Source: a virus
Length of the DNA: 40,150 nt
Strand: one strand, 5' to 3'
UHGV virus genome: UHGV-0075716
Part shown: one piece after another, positions 1 through 8,439 of the stretch
Layout: the number at the start of each line of letters is the position of its first letter
Position numbering within the stretch: position 1 is the stretch's first letter
The notes under the pieces: generated by a model
The model's database searches: none
What the model was told of the DNA's origin: nothing
Seen by the model: the letters and a program-made list of their open reading frames with translations, nothing else
Translations under genes and position numbers: made by a program

Positions 1-13
1 TGACGGGTAAAAA

Positions 14-1207
14 GTGGATAAAATAATTTTACCCACCGGATTTTTACCCATGCTCACCGTTAAGCAGATTGAAGCAGCAAAGCCGAAAGAAAAACCATAC
101 CGCCTACTCGATGGTAATGGCCTGTACCTTTATGTCCCTGTATCAGGGAAAAAGGTATGGCAGCTTCGCTACAAGATTGACGGTAAGGAGAAAATCCTGA
201 CCGTCGGAAAATATCCACTTATGACTTTGCAGGAGGCAAGAGATAAAGCATGGACCGCGAGGAAAGACATCTCGGTTGGCATCGATCCGGTAAAAGCGAA
301 AAAGGCTTCGTCTAACAACAATTCCTTTAGTGCGATTTACAAGGAATGGTACGAGCACAAGAAGCAAGTCTGGTCAGTAGGCTATGCAACTGAACTTGCA
401 AAAATGTTTGATGACGACATTTTACCTATCATCGGCGGCCTTGAAATTCAGGATATTGAGCCGATGCAACTGCTGGAAGTAATCCGCAGATTTGAAGATC
501 GCGGTGCAATGGAGCGAGCCAACAAAGCCCGCAGAAGATGCGGCGAGGTTTTCCGTTACGCTATTGTCACTGGTAGGGCTAAATATAACCCGGCACCTGA
601 CCTTGCTGACGCCATGAAGGGATACCGCAAGAAGAACTTCCCGTTTCTTCCTGCAGACCAGATCCCTGCATTCAACAAAGCACTGGCAACATTTTCAGGA
701 AGTATCGTATCGCTCATTGCGACCAAAGTTTTACGCTACACAGCCCTAAGAACGAAAGAGCTTCGTTCCATGCTATGGAAGAACGTCGATTTTGAAAACA
801 GGATTATCACCATCGACGCCAGTGTGATGAAGGGACGCAAAATTCATGTGGTCCCGATGTCAGACCAGGTGGTTGAACTTCTCACTACGCTAAGCTCCAT
901 CACCAAACCAGTATCAGAGTTTGTTTTTGCCGGGCGCAACGATAAGAAGAAGCCAATCTGCGAGAACGCGGTTCTACTTGTGATCAAACAAATCGGCTAT
1001 GAGGGTCTAGAAAGCGGTCACGGATTCAGGCATGAATTCAGCACGATTATGAACGAGCACGAATGGCCTGCTGACGCTATTGAAGTGCAACTGGCACATG
1101 CCAACGGCGGATCTGTGCGCGGTATTTACAACCATGCTCAGTATCTCGATAAGCGCAGAGAAATGATGCAGTGGTGGGCGGATTGGCTTGATGAGAAGGT
1201 AGAGTGA
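14..1207 (+). CDS. int: Tyrosine integrase, P4/IntS-like; probable true start ATG at 50 (385 aa)
   Basis: ORF track 397 aa; N-terminus after M at 50 reads MLTVKQIEAAKPKEKPYRLLDGNGLYLYV, typical of the arm-binding domain of P4-family integrases; C-terminal catalytic region with HGFRHEF...RGIYNHAQY motifs. Confidence 0.9.
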   Translation: MDKIILPTGFLPMLTVKQIEAAKPKEKPYRLLDGNGLYLYVPVSGKKVWQLRYKIDGKEKILTVGKYPLMTLQEARDKAWTARKDISVGIDPVKAKKASSNNNSFSAIYKEWYEHKKQVWSVGYATELAKMFDDDILPIIGGLEIQDIEPMQLLEVIRRFEDRGAMERANKARRRCGEVFRYAIVTGRAKYNPAPDLADAMKGYRKKNFPFLPADQIPAFNKALATFSGSIVSLIATKVLRYTALRTKELRSMLWKNVDFENRIITIDASVMKGRKIHVVPMSDQVVELLTTLSSITKPVSEFVFAGRNDKKKPICENAVLLVIKQIGYEGLESGHGFRHEFSTIMNEHEWPADAIEVQLAHANGGSVRGIYNHAQYLDKRREMMQWWADWLDEKVE

Positions 1208-1358
1208 TCCGCCTTAACAACTATCGAAGAGCACAAAGCCTTGTGTGTCTCATAGGCTATGAAACAATCATTTTACATGGTTACTTCACTACTTCCGCAC
1301 AATATGATATCGTTCACAATCTAAAAACATTAATAATTTATCCATTACCGCGGTTAAT

Positions 1359-1385
1359 GCCCGTCGCTTCCAACGGGCTTTTTTG
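1359..1385 (+). terminator. Putative rho-independent terminator downstream of int
   Basis: GCCCGT-loop-ACGGGC hairpin followed by TTTTTTG. Confidence 0.5.
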
Positions 1386-1446
1386 TAAATTATATTTTTA
1401 TTACCTTATATTAATATTGGTAATATGTCTGCATGATGTTTTATAT

Positions 1447-2188
1447 TTATTGCGTGAGCTTCGCATGATAGCTGGAGCATCTCTTGTCATCACTAATTAG
1501 CTCCGCTTTATCCGTTCTTGCCCATATTATATTTCTTTTTATTATTTTTGCTGGATTACCGGCTGCTGCACACATAGATGGCACATCTTTAGTTACAATA
1601 CTCCCATACCCAATGACAGATCCGCTTCCAACAGATACCCCTTTCATTATAGAGACATTTCTCCCTACCCATACGTAACTAGATATAATGATATCTTTTG
1701 CCCAATTAATCCTTTTTTTGCTATGAATATCAAATATAGGATGCCCATCTGATGCACGCAAAATAACATCTCTTGCTATCATGCAGTCATGGCCAATTGT
1801 AACATTGCACTTATCAGTGACGACTTCAAAACCTGCACCTATTGTCGTTCTTCTACCGATAATAACTTTTGAACCTTTTGTTGCGACAATATCACCTTTA
1901 ATCTTACTGTTTTTATGTATTCTTACGTAATTATTATCCCCCCTAAATATTACGGTAAGCCATCGACACTCAACATCATCTTCTATAATAAGTTTGTTAT
2001 TGTTTCCATTGAACTGAACTTTATTCTCTTTGCTATTTACAAGATCTCCACATACAAAAATATTACCTGACCCATTATCATCAATGGAAAACGAGTCTTG
2101 AGTCTTGAGTCTTGAGTCTTGAGTCTTGAGTCTTGAGTCTTGAGTCTTGAGTCTTGAGTCTTGAGTCTTGAGTCTTGAGTCTTGACAT
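1447..2188 (-). CDS. neuO: Hexapeptide-repeat (LbH) O-acetyltransferase, NeuO-like, phase-variable; frame interrupted in this sequence (OFF)
   Basis: ATG at 2188..2186 with AGGA 7 nt upstream is followed at once by 13 heptamers; that frame stops at TGA 2083..2081. The LbH body (IGHDCMIARDV..., VWVGRNVSIMKGVSVGSGSVIGYGSIV) is open from 2094 to 1447 in another frame. 12 or 15 repeats would fuse them (~244 aa). Confidence 0.75.
2094..2184. repeat. 13 perfect tandem copies of heptamer AGTCTTG (AAGACTC on coding strand)
   Basis: Counted directly: 91 bp, 13 x 7, ending 1 nt before the start codon of the acetyltransferase. Confidence 0.97.
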
Positions 2189-2341
2189 GTTAGTATCCTA
2201 CGTTATTTTACCACTAGTTACTTTTCTTGTCATTAAAAAGCATTTAAATTTTTATATTTAATTTCGTTGACGTCAATGTTTTTTGCCAATGTACTTACTT
2301 CTTTATGTGAGCAGTTCATATTTTTGACGCCAACGAAACAT

Positions 2342-5287
2342 TTAGTGCTTCCCTTCTATTAAGTCTAACCTAGCTTTTATTCTTTCTATTTCTCTGCGCT
2401 GCCATGCCGCCTCGATATAGAATAAGAGATCAGGTCTGACCCCCCATCTAGATCCTGCTGGCGTTATTTCAACGCGCTCAATGATGTCTTCTATTACCAT
2501 CACTGGATTATCATCCTCATCAACAATGATGCTCCCGTCATTATCAGTCAGCGGCATTTCCCTTTGGCCAGTAATGACGTCATCATATACTGCGGGATAA
2601 TCGTCATAGCAAAGAAAGGCATAGCGGCATGTTGTGCTTTCTTCTTCCATGAGTCCGTGAGAAATAAGAACATCACGAAGTTGCTGCGCGATTACACCAT
2701 GATGTATCCTCGCCCCTTCTTCCCCCTTTATAGCGACAGCGTTCAGCCATTTATAAGCGATATACCTGACGTCACCCCAGGCATCCAGCAATGCTTCGTC
2801 AGGAGAGACCGGCTCTGTCTTTAATGTTCCGTCACTGGTAACCACAGGATTGGAGCCAAGATAAACTGTCGAGAACCTGTTTCCCGGACCACCAAGAGCA
2901 TTTACATTATCAAGATAAGGTTTAACATCTCCGTTCTCAAAAAGATGTTCGAGTGCGTTATATACCGCGCGACGTGGAGTACTGCTTCCGGAACCATGCA
3001 ACGTTATCATTGCACCATCTGCTGAAGACGTTGTTTCACCGCCGCTAACGATTAATCTCTGAGCGGTAACATCATCAGACGGTACTTTCTTCGCAATAAT
3101 GGCGTAATTACCCTCAAGTTTGACTTCCGCGCGAACTTGTCCTGATGTACCTGCATGGACAGTCAGTGACTGGACGGCAACATCATCTGTGAAATCAACG
3201 GGTACAGGAACCGTCCTCACGCCTGACGTCGACATAAAAGTAGGAAGCGTTCTGTTAGGAGTGGCTCCGTAGACAAAATCCCTTGAAACAAATTCTTCCT
3301 GTTTAATTTTCACCCTGAAACAATACAAATCAGCCGGGTGACCATCGTGAACATAAGGATATTTTCTGTTGTTATCCCCTATGCTCCATGGGTTTAGAAA
3401 ATCTTCCCCACCGAAAATGTAGTACAGCCAGTTGTCTTTGATACAAACTGAACCAACACCAACCGCAGAGTTAACTATTCCGCCCTGATAAATCTGATCA
3501 GTAACATTAACCCACTCTACATTATCCAGACTCCACTCATTGACGTTAACTCTGGTCATAAATGTTCTTGGATAATTTCCTGCATAACGGTTATCAGGTT
3601 CTCCTCCTTCCCACTCACCAAATGCGCGCTCACTGCCAAAAATAACCAGCTCATCGCCAACTTTGGCAAAAGGAAGGTTTGAGTGATGAACATTATTTGG
3701 GAAGCGAAGAGAATTCCATGATGTACCTAAATCAGAGCTTCTGTGCAATGAACTACCGGGTTGAGTACTTAATGTCCCCCTGGTCGTCAGATACAGAATG
3801 CCATCATAATATTTTACACATGGCTCAGATGCATTCGCCTCATATTCTGCAGGTATGCGTCTGCGAACAAAGCTACCAGGAGAACCGAAAGCATCAGAGA
3901 AATAGAGTATCCCAAGCTCGCGTGGACCAATATCACCATTATGGTAGCCAACAGCAAAACTGTTATCGCTAATCGTCGCAAAACTGTGAATCTCAGTAAC
4001 AGGAGTGCTTCCGTCAACAAAAGAAGGAATAGTTCCAAGACTGGTTTTTCTCCATGGTGACGAGTGAAATGATGTGCCAAAACTCCAGTATCTACCCTCG
4101 TTATTCTGATCCACATCCTGGGTATTTTGCGTCGTAACTGTAAAGGTATTTTTATCAATAACAGTAGTCACCGTCATATTCCCGGTAACATCTGTAACAC
4201 CAGAGTTTGAGAAGTTGACAAAATCACCAGCAAATAATCCGTGATCAGTAATGCGAATATAAGCGACTTGCTGATTTGCTGCTTTCGTTATACCACCATA
4301 AACGCGAAGGCTGCGACTCATTGGGCGATCCCACAACTCTGCAACCTGCAGTTTATTTCCTCTCACGGTCCGCGTCTCAATTACAGCAAAAAGGCGATTT
4401 CTGACAACCCCCATACTCATGCAGTGATAGTTAACTGTGGGATAGTTTTCATGTAAATCTGTAAGCCATTCCGGCGTTGTCCAGGTCTTCCCGTCATCTC
4501 CTGAGCGAACCCATGCAACATGGAGGTTATTTACACCATGGCGGTCTCCAGCCATAAAAGGCGCATAGATGACATTGTCATATACAAACGTTTTATCCTG
4601 CGTCCAGGCGTTGTACCACGGTGTATCTGTAATTTTAAATAACTCTCCCTGGATAAAATCTTCAGAAGCATAAAAAAGAGGCTGACCCGGTATTCTCTCA
4701 AATAAAAAACGAGCATTTTTAAATCGACTGACATCTGGAAGAGTTGATACTTTAAAAGTAAGCCCTCGCCCATCTATCTTTTCACCACCTGTTGCAACAG
4801 AAAGTAATTCTGATAGAGCTGATGTATCATCATGAACACCATCACCAATAGCCCCCCAACCTCTTACATCATAACTGTCTCTCCATCTTGCTATCTGAAG
4901 TTTTGGGTATTTATTCGCTCCATCTGGGTCTTCTAATTGCTGCCGTAGTTGATCTGGGTCATACTTCAGCACATTAGGAAAATAGAACTGCTGCGCACCA
5001 TACGCATCATAAACAGCCATAGAATGGCCTTGCACGGTAACGAATTTGGCAATCTGTCCGTTATATACAGGATATCCAGCAGCGTTAATGATGATTGGTT
5101 GAGAAACAGGAACGTGAGAACCGTCTTCGTTCTCCACATAAGCCTGAATCTGGTTTTCAGGATTTACAGGGTCAGTATCAATTTTACCGATATAAATTTT
5201 GCCATTAGCTACGGCTTTAAAAGAACGCGCCATAGTGAAGAGTTGCGAAGGCATCGATACAATCACATTGGCTGTAATGTCTGTCAT
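2342..5287 (-). CDS. Tailspike: P22 gp9-type head-binding N-terminus fused to endosialidase (sialidase beta-propeller) with C-terminal intramolecular chaperone domain
   Basis: N-terminus [11 protein letters not shown]...[14 protein letters not shown]...VLKYDPDQ resembles P22 tailspike head-binding domain; Asp-boxes SGDDGKTW and SSDLGTSW; C-terminal ...VVTSDGTLK...[12 protein letters not shown]... resembles autocleaving chaperone domains. Confidence 0.85.
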   Translation of the reverse strand: MTDITANVIVSMPSQLFTMARSFKAVANGKIYIGKIDTDPVNPENQIQAYVENEDGSHVPVSQPIIINAAGYPVYNGQIAKFVTVQGHSMAVYDAYGAQQFYFPNVLKYDPDQLRQQLEDPDGANKYPKLQIARWRDSYDVRGWGAIGDGVHDDTSALSELLSVATGGEKIDGRGLTFKVSTLPDVSRFKNARFLFERIPGQPLFYASEDFIQGELFKITDTPWYNAWTQDKTFVYDNVIYAPFMAGDRHGVNNLHVAWVRSGDDGKTWTTPEWLTDLHENYPTVNYHCMSMGVVRNRLFAVIETRTVRGNKLQVAELWDRPMSRSLRVYGGITKAANQQVAYIRITDHGLFAGDFVNFSNSGVTDVTGNMTVTTVIDKNTFTVTTQNTQDVDQNNEGRYWSFGTSFHSSPWRKTSLGTIPSFVDGSTPVTEIHSFATISDNSFAVGYHNGDIGPRELGILYFSDAFGSPGSFVRRRIPAEYEANASEPCVKYYDGILYLTTRGTLSTQPGSSLHRSSDLGTSWNSLRFPNNVHHSNLPFAKVGDELVIFGSERAFGEWEGGEPDNRYAGNYPRTFMTRVNVNEWSLDNVEWVNVTDQIYQGGIVNSAVGVGSVCIKDNWLYYIFGGEDFLNPWSIGDNNRKYPYVHDGHPADLYCFRVKIKQEEFVSRDFVYGATPNRTLPTFMSTSGVRTVPVPVDFTDDVAVQSLTVHAGTSGQVRAEVKLEGNYAIIAKKVPSDDVTAQRLIVSGGETTSSADGAMITLHGSGSSTPRRAVYNALEHLFENGDVKPYLDNVNALGGPGNRFSTVYLGSNPVVTSDGTLKTEPVSPDEALLDAWGDVRYIAYKWLNAVAIKGEEGARIHHGVIAQQLRDVLISHGLMEEESTTCRYAFLCYDDYPAVYDDVITGQREMPLTDNDGSIIVDEDDNPVMVIEDIIERVEITPAGSRWGVRPDLLFYIEAAWQRREIERIKARLDLIEGKH

Positions 5288-5409
5288 TTAATTTGCTCCA
5301 GATACAAGGAATCGCCGAAGCATGGCTACGGTGAATTTTGGGCATAAAAAAACCCAGCCGAAGCTGGGTCGTTGCGTTGGTTATTGACCTACACTTTTCG
5401 TGCAGGTAG

Positions 5410-6333
5410 TTAAAGTTTTATTGAGTGGCACGCTCTATCACGTATCGCTGCGAATGAAGCTATCTCTTTAAGTGCCCAGCTTTGCTCAGCCATTAAATGG
5501 CGAAGTGCTTTTAGTTCAGCTCTTACTGCTGAAACGTCATACCCCGCTTTTGTCAGAATATTGATTAGTTTATACGCCGGACTGCATTCAACGAGTGCGC
5601 TGCGGTCAAGAGCAACAGTATCACCGCATTGCTGCCTGATAATGGCGTAAGGTGCATTTTCAGCAAACCATGAAATCGGGAAGTTAATATCCAGTTTTGG
5701 CGCTGGTAACTCTTCTTGTTTGCCAATGAACTCACCTTCAAGTGGAACTCGAGCTGCAAGTGACAGTGCTTCGGTGAACTGCTCCTCACTGATTTCTTTG
5801 TACGAACATCCAAAATGGGATTTCAGTGAGGACCACATGGTGATCATCGCCTTAGCCTGTTTTTCTTTTGGCAGAGACTGACCGCGACTCATGACGAGTT
5901 GTTTAATGGCTTCCTGCTGTTCAGTGGTGATTTTACCCGGCAACGCCTTTTTAGCTTTGCGTGGGTTAACTACATGACCTTTAGTCCAGTACTCGTATAG
6001 CACATCGTCACACTCTTCCTGATACTGGATTACCTTGTCGCGGATTTCAGGACGGACTTTGTTTGGCTGAATGCTTGAAAGCCAAGCCGCAAACTTACGA
6101 AAGGCAAGGCATATCATTAACTGTTTACCGCCAGCAGAAGGTATTTCGATTTCCGAAATACCTTTGACAAATCTCTGTTTTAATTTAACAAATTGAGCAG
6201 CCCAAACCATACCCATGCCTTCTACAACGGGTTTCATAGGAACGTAAGGTTCATTGTTAATGCTGACCAAAAAGAGATTTGTTCCGTGGAATGGAACGTT
6301 GATTGTATGTTCTGCAATTGCTACACTCGTCAT
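5410..6333 (-). CDS. ant: Antirepressor Ant (AntA N-domain plus KilAC-type C-domain)
   Basis: 307 aa; position downstream of arc and upstream of tailspike as in P22 immI; N-terminal pattern similar to P22 Ant. Confidence 0.8.
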   Translation of the reverse strand: MTSVAIAEHTINVPFHGTNLFLVSINNEPYVPMKPVVEGMGMVWAAQFVKLKQRFVKGISEIEIPSAGGKQLMICLAFRKFAAWLSSIQPNKVRPEIRDKVIQYQEECDDVLYEYWTKGHVVNPRKAKKALPGKITTEQQEAIKQLVMSRGQSLPKEKQAKAMITMWSSLKSHFGCSYKEISEEQFTEALSLAARVPLEGEFIGKQEELPAPKLDINFPISWFAENAPYAIIRQQCGDTVALDRSALVECSPAYKLINILTKAGYDVSAVRAELKALRHLMAEQSWALKEIASFAAIRDRACHSIKL

Positions 6334-6407
6334 GTCGTTAATTCCTATGCGTGGTTTTACGATACCGAAGCCCTGACTGTTACCGCAGTTGGGGCTTCAC
6401 TGTTTTG
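6332..6407 (+). ncRNA. Candidate sar-like antisense sRNA covering the ant start/RBS
   Basis: Sigma70-like promoter TTGATT(6299-6304)-17 nt-TACACT(6322-6327) on the strand opposite ant; imperfect hairpin 6367-6398 followed by T-rich tract; transcript would be ~75 nt and antisense to the ant RBS. Confidence 0.4.
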
Positions 6408-6566
6408 ATTTCTTTGCCGCATCAAGCATCACTTCTGAAAACGTGCGCTTGCCACTGAATACTCTTTCTCTTCTCAATTTTTCGTTCGTGCCAAATGATT
6501 CGCCATGAACAAAATTTGGTCTTAAAATGGTAATCGCAATCTCTTTGACTACTGCATCCAAGCGAA

Positions 6567-6719
6567 TCACACCGTTACCCCCTCTCTCTTCAGGCTGTCT
6601 ATCAGGCGCTTGATAACCTCTGAGTTAAACGACCTGCACTCTTCCTTTGCCCTGCTACCGATAGCATCCTTTAACGACTGCGGCATCCTTACCAAAATCC
6701 TACTTATTTCTTTCTCCAT
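6567..6719 (-). CDS. arc: Arc-type ribbon-helix-helix repressor (start at internal ATG 6719, ~50 aa)
   Basis: MEKEISRILVRMPQSLKDAIGSRAKEECRSFNSEVIKRLIDSLKREGVTV; RSFNSEV motif like P22 Arc (NGRSVNSEI); GGAGG 6 nt upstream of ATG. Confidence 0.8.
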   Translation of the reverse strand: MEKEISRILVRMPQSLKDAIGSRAKEECRSFNSEVIKRLIDSLKREGVTV

Positions 6720-6757
6720 GTTACCCTCCCCACAAACAACTCTTTCCGAATACAAAA

Positions 6758-6813
6758 GATAGCAAAGTGAGTATATCTAGTCAAAATTTTTTTGCATACA
6801 CTTTGATATCAAA
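6758..6813. promoter_or_regulatory. arc-mnt divergent control region with candidate operators
   Basis: TAGC...ATCTA inverted half-sites at 6758-6782 and a perfect 12-bp palindrome TTTGATATCAAA at 6802-6813, 20 bp upstream of mnt. Confidence 0.35.
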
Positions 6814-6833
6814 TTGAATACCAAAGGTGTGAT

Positions 6834-7082
6834 ATGGCAAAGGGTGTGTCAATTTCTCCAACTACGGTAAGAATCCCTGAATCTTTACGCGAGGCTCTTT
6901 CTGTCAGAGCATCAAAAAATGGTCGCTCTGTTAACTCCGAGATCGTCATGATTTTGCAAGCCGCGATTGATGAAGATAGGTCGCCAAAGTCAGTTGAGTC
7001 ATTTGCTCAGCAAGAAGCTGACAAATTCAAAGAGGCGCTGCTTGAGACGCTAAAGACCATGTATGGTAAGGATGAAAAATAA
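6834..7082 (+). CDS. mnt: Mnt-type ribbon-helix-helix repressor
   Basis: 82 aa; KNGRSVNSEIVMILQAAI and C-terminal KFKEALLETLKTMYGK resemble P22 Mnt (ANGRSMNSEL..., ...VFDTLKDLYKK). Confidence 0.85.
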   Translation: MAKGVSISPTTVRIPESLREALSVRASKNGRSVNSEIVMILQAAIDEDRSPKSVESFAQQEADKFKEALLETLKTMYGKDEK

Positions 7083-7618
7083 TGCTGCACACAATTCATT
7101 TCTTATGCCCCGTTAACACTGCCACTGTTGGGCAACTTCAGAACCACTGTCTCACCGCATTATCTCAGGGCGCAACTGAATTAAATATCCATATATCAAG
7201 TCAGGGAGGGGAAACTGCCGCTGGCTTTACTGCGTATAACTTTCTTAAGTCACTCCCTGTTACCGTTAGAACTCACAACATAAGCAATGTTGAATCCATA
7301 GCTAATATCGTTTTCCTGGCTGGCTCAGAACGTTTCGCAAACCCATTATCAAGATTCCTGTTACATCCTCTATTATGGGGCTTTGCCACCCCAGCCGCCG
7401 ACCATGCCAGATTGAGAGAGTACGGGAAATGCCTCGATAACGATCTTGATCGCTTCGTTGAGACGTTCAATATCGACATCGGAACCCATATTAGGTGGGA
7501 ATCCCTGATAGCAGACTCGACCATTTTGGATGCTAACAAGGCTCTTGAGCATGGCATAATTAATTCCATAAAAACTGCAAGGCTGGTATCCAATCAGGCA
7601 AACTGGTGGGTTGTTTGA
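7082..7618 (+). CDS. ClpP-family (S14-like) serine peptidase homologue, translationally coupled to mnt
   Basis: Gap-free match to ClpP core: ISSQGGETAAGFTAYNFL...VTVRTHNISNVESIANIVFLAG versus INSPGGVITAGMSIYDTM...[20 protein letters not shown], Ser aligned; His in LLHPL; Asp later. Start overlaps mnt stop (TAATG). Confidence 0.7.
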   Translation: MLHTIHFLCPVNTATVGQLQNHCLTALSQGATELNIHISSQGGETAAGFTAYNFLKSLPVTVRTHNISNVESIANIVFLAGSERFANPLSRFLLHPLLWGFATPAADHARLREYGKCLDNDLDRFVETFNIDIGTHIRWESLIADSTILDANKALEHGIINSIKTARLVSNQANWWVV

Positions 7619-7643
7619 TGGGTAAATCATGATTACTCCTTAT

Positions 7644-7676
7644 AAAAAACCCACCTGACGGTGGGTTTCATTTCTT
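7644..7676. terminator. Bidirectional rho-independent terminator between the ClpP-like gene and the lipoprotein gene
   Basis: A-run, CCCACC-TGAC-GGTGGG hairpin, T-run. Confidence 0.7.
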
Positions 7677-8094
7677 AATCTTGCTTCGTAGAAGGTATAA
7701 GAGATGCATTTGCCTCTTTTGGCTTCAATGTATACATCCCACCATTAAATGGATCAACAGCAAGCCAACCGATTAACCCACCAAACACAAGGTTTCCACC
7801 AATATACCAACCATTAGCATTGGCTTTGATTGGCAGGGTAACTGGTTCGTACCCATCCTTTTCCATAGTGATCTGGTAGCTCTTTTTGCCAAAATAACTA
7901 CCATCTGACTTGGCAAGAGTTACTCCTTGTGGAGTCTTGCCTTGCGCAACAATCACGCCTGATTCATCTTTTACCTTAAAGCTCGCACCGGAAGGGTTGC
8001 TGTTCACTTGCACAAGTTGCGTTTCATCACCAACAATAGTTGCGCACCCAGATAACATCATAGCGCCAGCAACGACGCCAATAATCCTCTTCAT
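7675..8094 (-). CDS. Lipoprotein (signal peptide with lipobox LSGC), function unknown
   Basis: MKRIIGVVAGAMMLSGCATIV...; start at internal ATG 8094; Gly-rich C-terminal segment. Confidence 0.7.
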   Translation of the reverse strand: MKRIIGVVAGAMMLSGCATIVGDETQLVQVNSNPSGASFKVKDESGVIVAQGKTPQGVTLAKSDGSYFGKKSYQITMEKDGYEPVTLPIKANANGWYIGGNLVFGGLIGWLAVDPFNGGMYTLKPKEANASLIPSTKQD

Positions 8095-8211
8095 ATCAAT
8101 TTCCATATTTAAAAAACCGGAAACATCCTAATGACAAACCATTCAAATGTGAAGTAGGCAAAAGATGTTTGCTTTTTTCATGGTATCCTGCTCAAAACTA
8201 AGGAGGTTGGT

Positions 8212-8439
8212 GTGAAGCGATGGTTCCTCATAATTACTGTTTTCGCGATCATTTACACTATTTTCCCTGCATTAAAAGCACCAATGCAAATAATTTCGCT
8301 TGCAATAATTGCAATTGGTGCTTTCATTGCAGTAGCCGTACTTGTGTTTAAGGTTTTAAAGTTTTTAGTTTGGCTATCAAAAGACGATGGATGCAAAGTT
8401 CATCAAGAAAAAGAAGGCAAAATAACCAAAGTTGACTAA
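8212..8439 (+). CDS. Small hydrophobic membrane protein (two predicted TM helices)
   Basis: GTG start with AAGGAGG 5 nt upstream; AT-rich; two long hydrophobic stretches. Confidence 0.5.
   Translation: MKRWFLIITVFAIIYTIFPALKAPMQIISLAIIAIGAFIAVAVLVFKVLKFLVWLSKDDGCKVHQEKEGKITKVD

Noticed and set aside
1204-1500. 98-aa plus-strand ORF downstream of int
   Set aside because: Low-complexity, AT-rich translation (runs of I/L/Y), spans the int terminator hairpin and overlaps the 3' end of the acetyltransferase on the other strand; no RBS; more likely non-coding att/terminator region
2094-2184. Possible CRISPR array (short perfect direct repeats)
   Set aside because: Units are 7 bp with no spacers and lie inside a coding region directly after a start codon; the iterons at 30557-30653 likewise lack spacers; no cas genes in the window
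2564-4773. Several 70-115-aa ORFs inside the tailspike gene on either strand
   Set aside because: All lie within the long, continuous tailspike reading frame; out-of-frame or antisense with no RBS support
6193-6408. 71-aa plus-strand ORF overlapping the ant start
   Set aside because: Antisense to the ant 5' end and covers the promoter/terminator of the proposed sar-like RNA; no RBS; region better explained as regulatory RNA
7273-7630. Two minus-strand ORFs (106 and 85 aa) inside the ClpP-like gene
   Set aside because: The plus-strand frame has the conserved ClpP core alignment and translational coupling to mnt; the minus-strand ORFs have no family resemblance
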